The notes beneath the pieces were generated by a model, which had not been told where the DNA came from, ran no database searches, and worked only from the letters and a program-made list of their open reading frames with translations. The translations under genes were made by a program, and so were the position numbers. Below, piece by piece: positions 60,101 to 64,000 of a stretch of DNA of 64,000 bases; the stretch's first letter is position 1, and every line of letters starts with the position of its first letter. Origin of the DNA: the human T2T-CHM13v2.0 reference genome, Homo sapiens; NCBI RefSeq assembly GCF_009914755.1, contig NC_060936.1. One strand, 5' to 3'.

Positions 60101-63100
60101 TTTATAAAACAATTACTACTAGGCATAAGCATGATAATAGTGGGGGACTTCAATACTCCACTGACAGCACTAGACAGGTCATCAAGACAGAAAGCCAAGA
60201 AAGAAACAATGGACTTAAACTATACCCTAGAACAAATGGACTTAACAGATATTTACAGAACACTCTACCCAAAAACTGAAGAATATACATTCTATTCATC
60301 AGCACATAAAAGATTCTCCAAGATAGACAATATGATAGTCCACAAAACAAGTCTCAATAAACTTAAGAAAATTGAAATTATATCAAGTACTCTCTCTGAC
60401 CACAGTGAAATAAAACTGGAAAGCAACTCCAACAAAACCCTCAAAATTATGCAAATACATGGAAATTAAATAATTTGCCCCTGAATGATTGTTGAGTCAA
60501 CAATGAAACCAAAATTGAAATTTTAAAAATTACTTGAACTGAACAATAATAGTGACACAACCTAGCAAAACCTCTGGGATACAGCACAAGCAGTTCTATG
60601 AAAAAAGTTTGTAGCATTGAATGCCTACATCAAAAAGTCTGAAAGAGCACAAATAAGCAATCTAAGGTCACACCTCAAGGAACTAGAGAAAAAAGAACAA
60701 ACCAAAACCAAACCCAACAGAAGAAAAAAAAAATAACAAAGGTTAGACCAGAACTAAATGAAATTGAAACAAAAAAAAAACAGATAAATGAAACAAAAAT
60801 ATGTTTCTTTGAAAAGATAAACAAAATTGATAGACCATTAACAAGATTAAATAGGAAAAGAAGAGAGAAGATCCAAATAAGCTCAATTAGAAACAAAAAG
60901 GGAGAAAGTACAACTGATACCACAGAAATACAAAAGATCACTTAAGGATACTATAAACACCTTCATGTTCACATACTAGAAAATCTAGAGGAGATGGATA
61001 AATTTCTGAAAATATGCAACCCTCTAGATTAAACCAGGAAGAAATAGAAACTCTAAACAGAGCAATAACAAGCAGTGATATTGAAATGGTAATAAAAAAT
61101 TGCCAAGAAAAAACAAGTCCAGGATCAGATAAATTCACAGTTGAATTCTATCAGACATTCAAAGAAGAACTAGTACTAACCCTATTCACACTATTCCAAA
61201 ACATAGAAAAAGAGGGAATTCTCCCTAAATCATCCCATGAAGCCAGTATCACCCTAAAGCCAAAACCAGGAAAGGACATAACTAAAAAAGAAAACTACAG
61301 ACCAATGTCCCTGATGAATACAGATGCAAAAATCTAACTGAATCCAACAGCATTATCAAAAAGATAATACACCATGATCAAGTGGGTTTCATACCAGGGA
61401 TGCAGGGATGGTTTAACATATGCAAGTCAATAAATGCATTACAGCGCATAAAGAATTAAAAACAAAAATAACATAATCATCGCAATAGATTCAGAAAAAG
61501 CATTTGACAAAATCTGGCATCCTTTATGATTAAAACCCTCAGCAAAATCAGCATAGGAGGGACATATATTAAGGTAATAAAAGCCATCTATGACAAACCC
61601 ATAGTCAGTATTATACTGAACGGGGAAAAGTTGAAAGCACTCCCCCTGAGAACTGGAACAAGAAAAGGATTCCCACGTTCACCACTTCTATTCAACATAG
61701 TACTGGAAGTCATAGCCAGATCACTCAGACAAGAGAAAGGAATAAAGGGGATTCAAATGGGTGAAGAGGAAGTCAAACTGTCTCTGTGTGCTGATAATAT
61801 AATCATATACCTAGAAAATCCTAAAGACTCACCCAGAAAGCTCCTAGGACTGATAAATTCAGTAAAGTTTCAGGGTACAAAATTAATGTACACAAATCAG
61901 TAGCACTGCTATACACCAACAGTGACCAAGCTGAGAATCAAATCAAGAACTCAACTCATTTTATGATAGCTGCAGAAAAAATAAAATACTTGGGAATATA
62001 TCTAACCAAGGACATGAAAGACCTCTACAAGGAAAACTACAAAACACTGCTGAAAGAAATCATAGATGATGTAAACAAATGAGAACATATCCCATGCTCA
62101 TGAATGGGTAGAATCAATATTGTAAAAATAATCATACTGCCAAATGCAATTCACAAATTCAATGCAATTCCCATCAAATTACCACCAGCATTCTTCACAG
62201 AAGTAGAAAAAACAATCCTAAAATTCATGTAGAACCAAAAAAGGGCCCACACAGCCAAAGCAAGACTAAGCAAAAGGAACAAATCTGGAGCCATCATATT
62301 ATCCAACTTCAAACTATACTATAAGGCTATAGTCACCAAAACATCATGGTACTGGCATAAAAATAGGCACATAGACCAATGGAACATAATAGACAACCAA
62401 GAAATAAACCCAAATACATAGAGTCAAGTGATCTTTGAGAAAGCAAACGAAAACATAAAGTGGAGAGAGGACACCCTTTTCAACAAATGGTGCTAGGATA
62501 ATTGGCAAGCCACATGTAGAATGAAACTGGATCCTCATCTCTCACCTTATACAAAAATTAACTCAAGATGAGTCAAAGACTTAAACCTAAGATTTGAAAC
62601 CATAAAAATTCTAGAAGAAAACATTGGAAAAACCCTTCTAGACATTGGCTTAGGCAAAGCGTTCATGACCAAGAACCAAAATTAAATGCAACAAAAGAAA
62701 GATAAATATATGGGACTTAATTAAACTAAAAAGCTTCTGTACAGCAAAAGTAATAATCTGCAGAGTTGACAGACAACCCACAGAGTGGGAGAAAATATTC
62801 ACAAACTATGCATCCCTCAAAGGACTAATATCCAGAGTCTACAAGGAATTCAAACAAATCAGCAAGAAACAAACAATCCCATCAAAAAGTCGGCTAGGGG
62901 CATGAATAGACAATTCACAAAACAAGATATACAAATGACCAATAAAAATATGAAAAAATGCTCAATATCACTAATTATCAGGCAAATGCAAATCAAAACC
63001 GAGTAGAATGAACATAATCCAAAAATCAAAAAATAATATATGTTGGCCTGAATGTGGTGAAAAGGGAACACTTTTACACTGCTAGTGGAAATGTAAACTA

Positions 63101-63717
63101 GTATAACCACTATAGAAAACAGTGTGGATACTCCTTAAAGAATTAAAATTAGATCTACCATTTGATCTAGCAATCTTACTCCTGGTATCTATCCAGATGA
63201 AAAGAAGTCATTATACAAAAAAGATACGTGCACATGCATGTTTATAGCAGCACAATTTTTAGCTGCAAAAATATGGAAACAGCCCAAATGCCCATCAATC
63301 AATAAGTGAATAAAGAAAATATATATACCATGGAATACTACTCAGCTATAAAAATGAATGAAATGATTACATTCACAGCAACCTGGATGGAATTGGAGAC
63401 TATTATTTAAAGTGAAGTAACTCAGGAATGGAAAACCAAATATTGTATGTTCTCACTTATAAGTGGAAGCTAAGTTATGAGGACACAAGGGCATAAGAAT
63501 GATAAAATGGACTTCAGGGATTCGGGGGAAAGAGTGGGAGGATGGTGAGGGATAAATGATTATATATTGGGTACAGTGTACACTCCTCTGGTGATGGATG
63601 CACCGAAATCACCACTAAAGATCTTATCCATGTAACCAAACACCTCCTGTTCTGCATAAACCTATTGAAATAAAAAATAAAAATTAAAAAAATAAATTAA
63701 AATTGGTCTTTGAAAAT
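57151..63717 (+). mobile_element. Full-length degenerate L1PB LINE-1, antisense to TAFA2
   Basis: 5' UTR, ORF1 fragments (DLDIQIQEAQ, KPIRLTADFS), ORF2 EN (LQETHLT, GDFNTPL, SDH) and RT fragments, L1PB 3' UTR and poly(A); TSD aaagaca(c/t)tgtca at 57138-57150 and 63718-63730. Confidence 0.96.
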
Positions 63718-64000
63718 AAAGACATTGTCAAGAGAATCAAATGACAACCACAGACTGGGTGAAAATGTTGTAAAAGATATATCTGAAAAAGGATTGTTAT
63801 CAAAAATATACAAAGGACTCTTAAAACTCAACAATAAGAACACAACTCAAGTTTAAAAAGGAGCCAAACCATTTAGCAAACACATCACGAGAAAATATAT
63901 GTAGGTGGCAAATAAGCCTGTGAAAAGATGCTCCAAATCATGTGTCATCAGATAAATGCAAACTGAAATGAGATATCACTATACACCTCTTAGAATGACC
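63718..64000 (+). mobile_element. Older L1M ORF2 fragment, 3' continuation
   Basis: aagagaatcaaatgacaaccacagactggg...tgagatatcactatacacc L1M ORF2 motifs. Confidence 0.8.

Overview
AT-rich primate (human-like) genomic DNA from inside the TAFA2 (FAM19A2) gene, which is transcribed on the minus strand. Only two coding exons are present: 43887-43735 (153 nt) and 42609-42485 (125 nt). Together they encode the full ten-cysteine TAFA neurokine domain. I did not find the signal-peptide exon or the terminal exon in the window. The rest is intronic and dominated by retroelements: two near-full-length degenerate L1PB elements in opposite orientations bracketing the exons, younger L1PA fragments, Alus, ERV/MaLR solo LTRs, L2, MIR, DNA-transposon relics and microsatellites. 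I see no evidence of a new protein-coding system. The most unusual signals are fossil mutational events readable from the sequence. The main one is a ~450 bp multi-template insertion inside the first L1PB, made of a fold-back, an inverted copy of that L1's own 3' end and a direct copy of unique DNA 3.5 kb away. Others are an AluY inserted inverted inside an AluJ, a probable L1 3' transduction, a twin-primed L1 with a ~0.5 kb deletion, and several template-switch hairpin scars. Repeat family names are from recognition of consensus motifs, not a RepeatMasker run, and the boundaries of old repeats are approximate.
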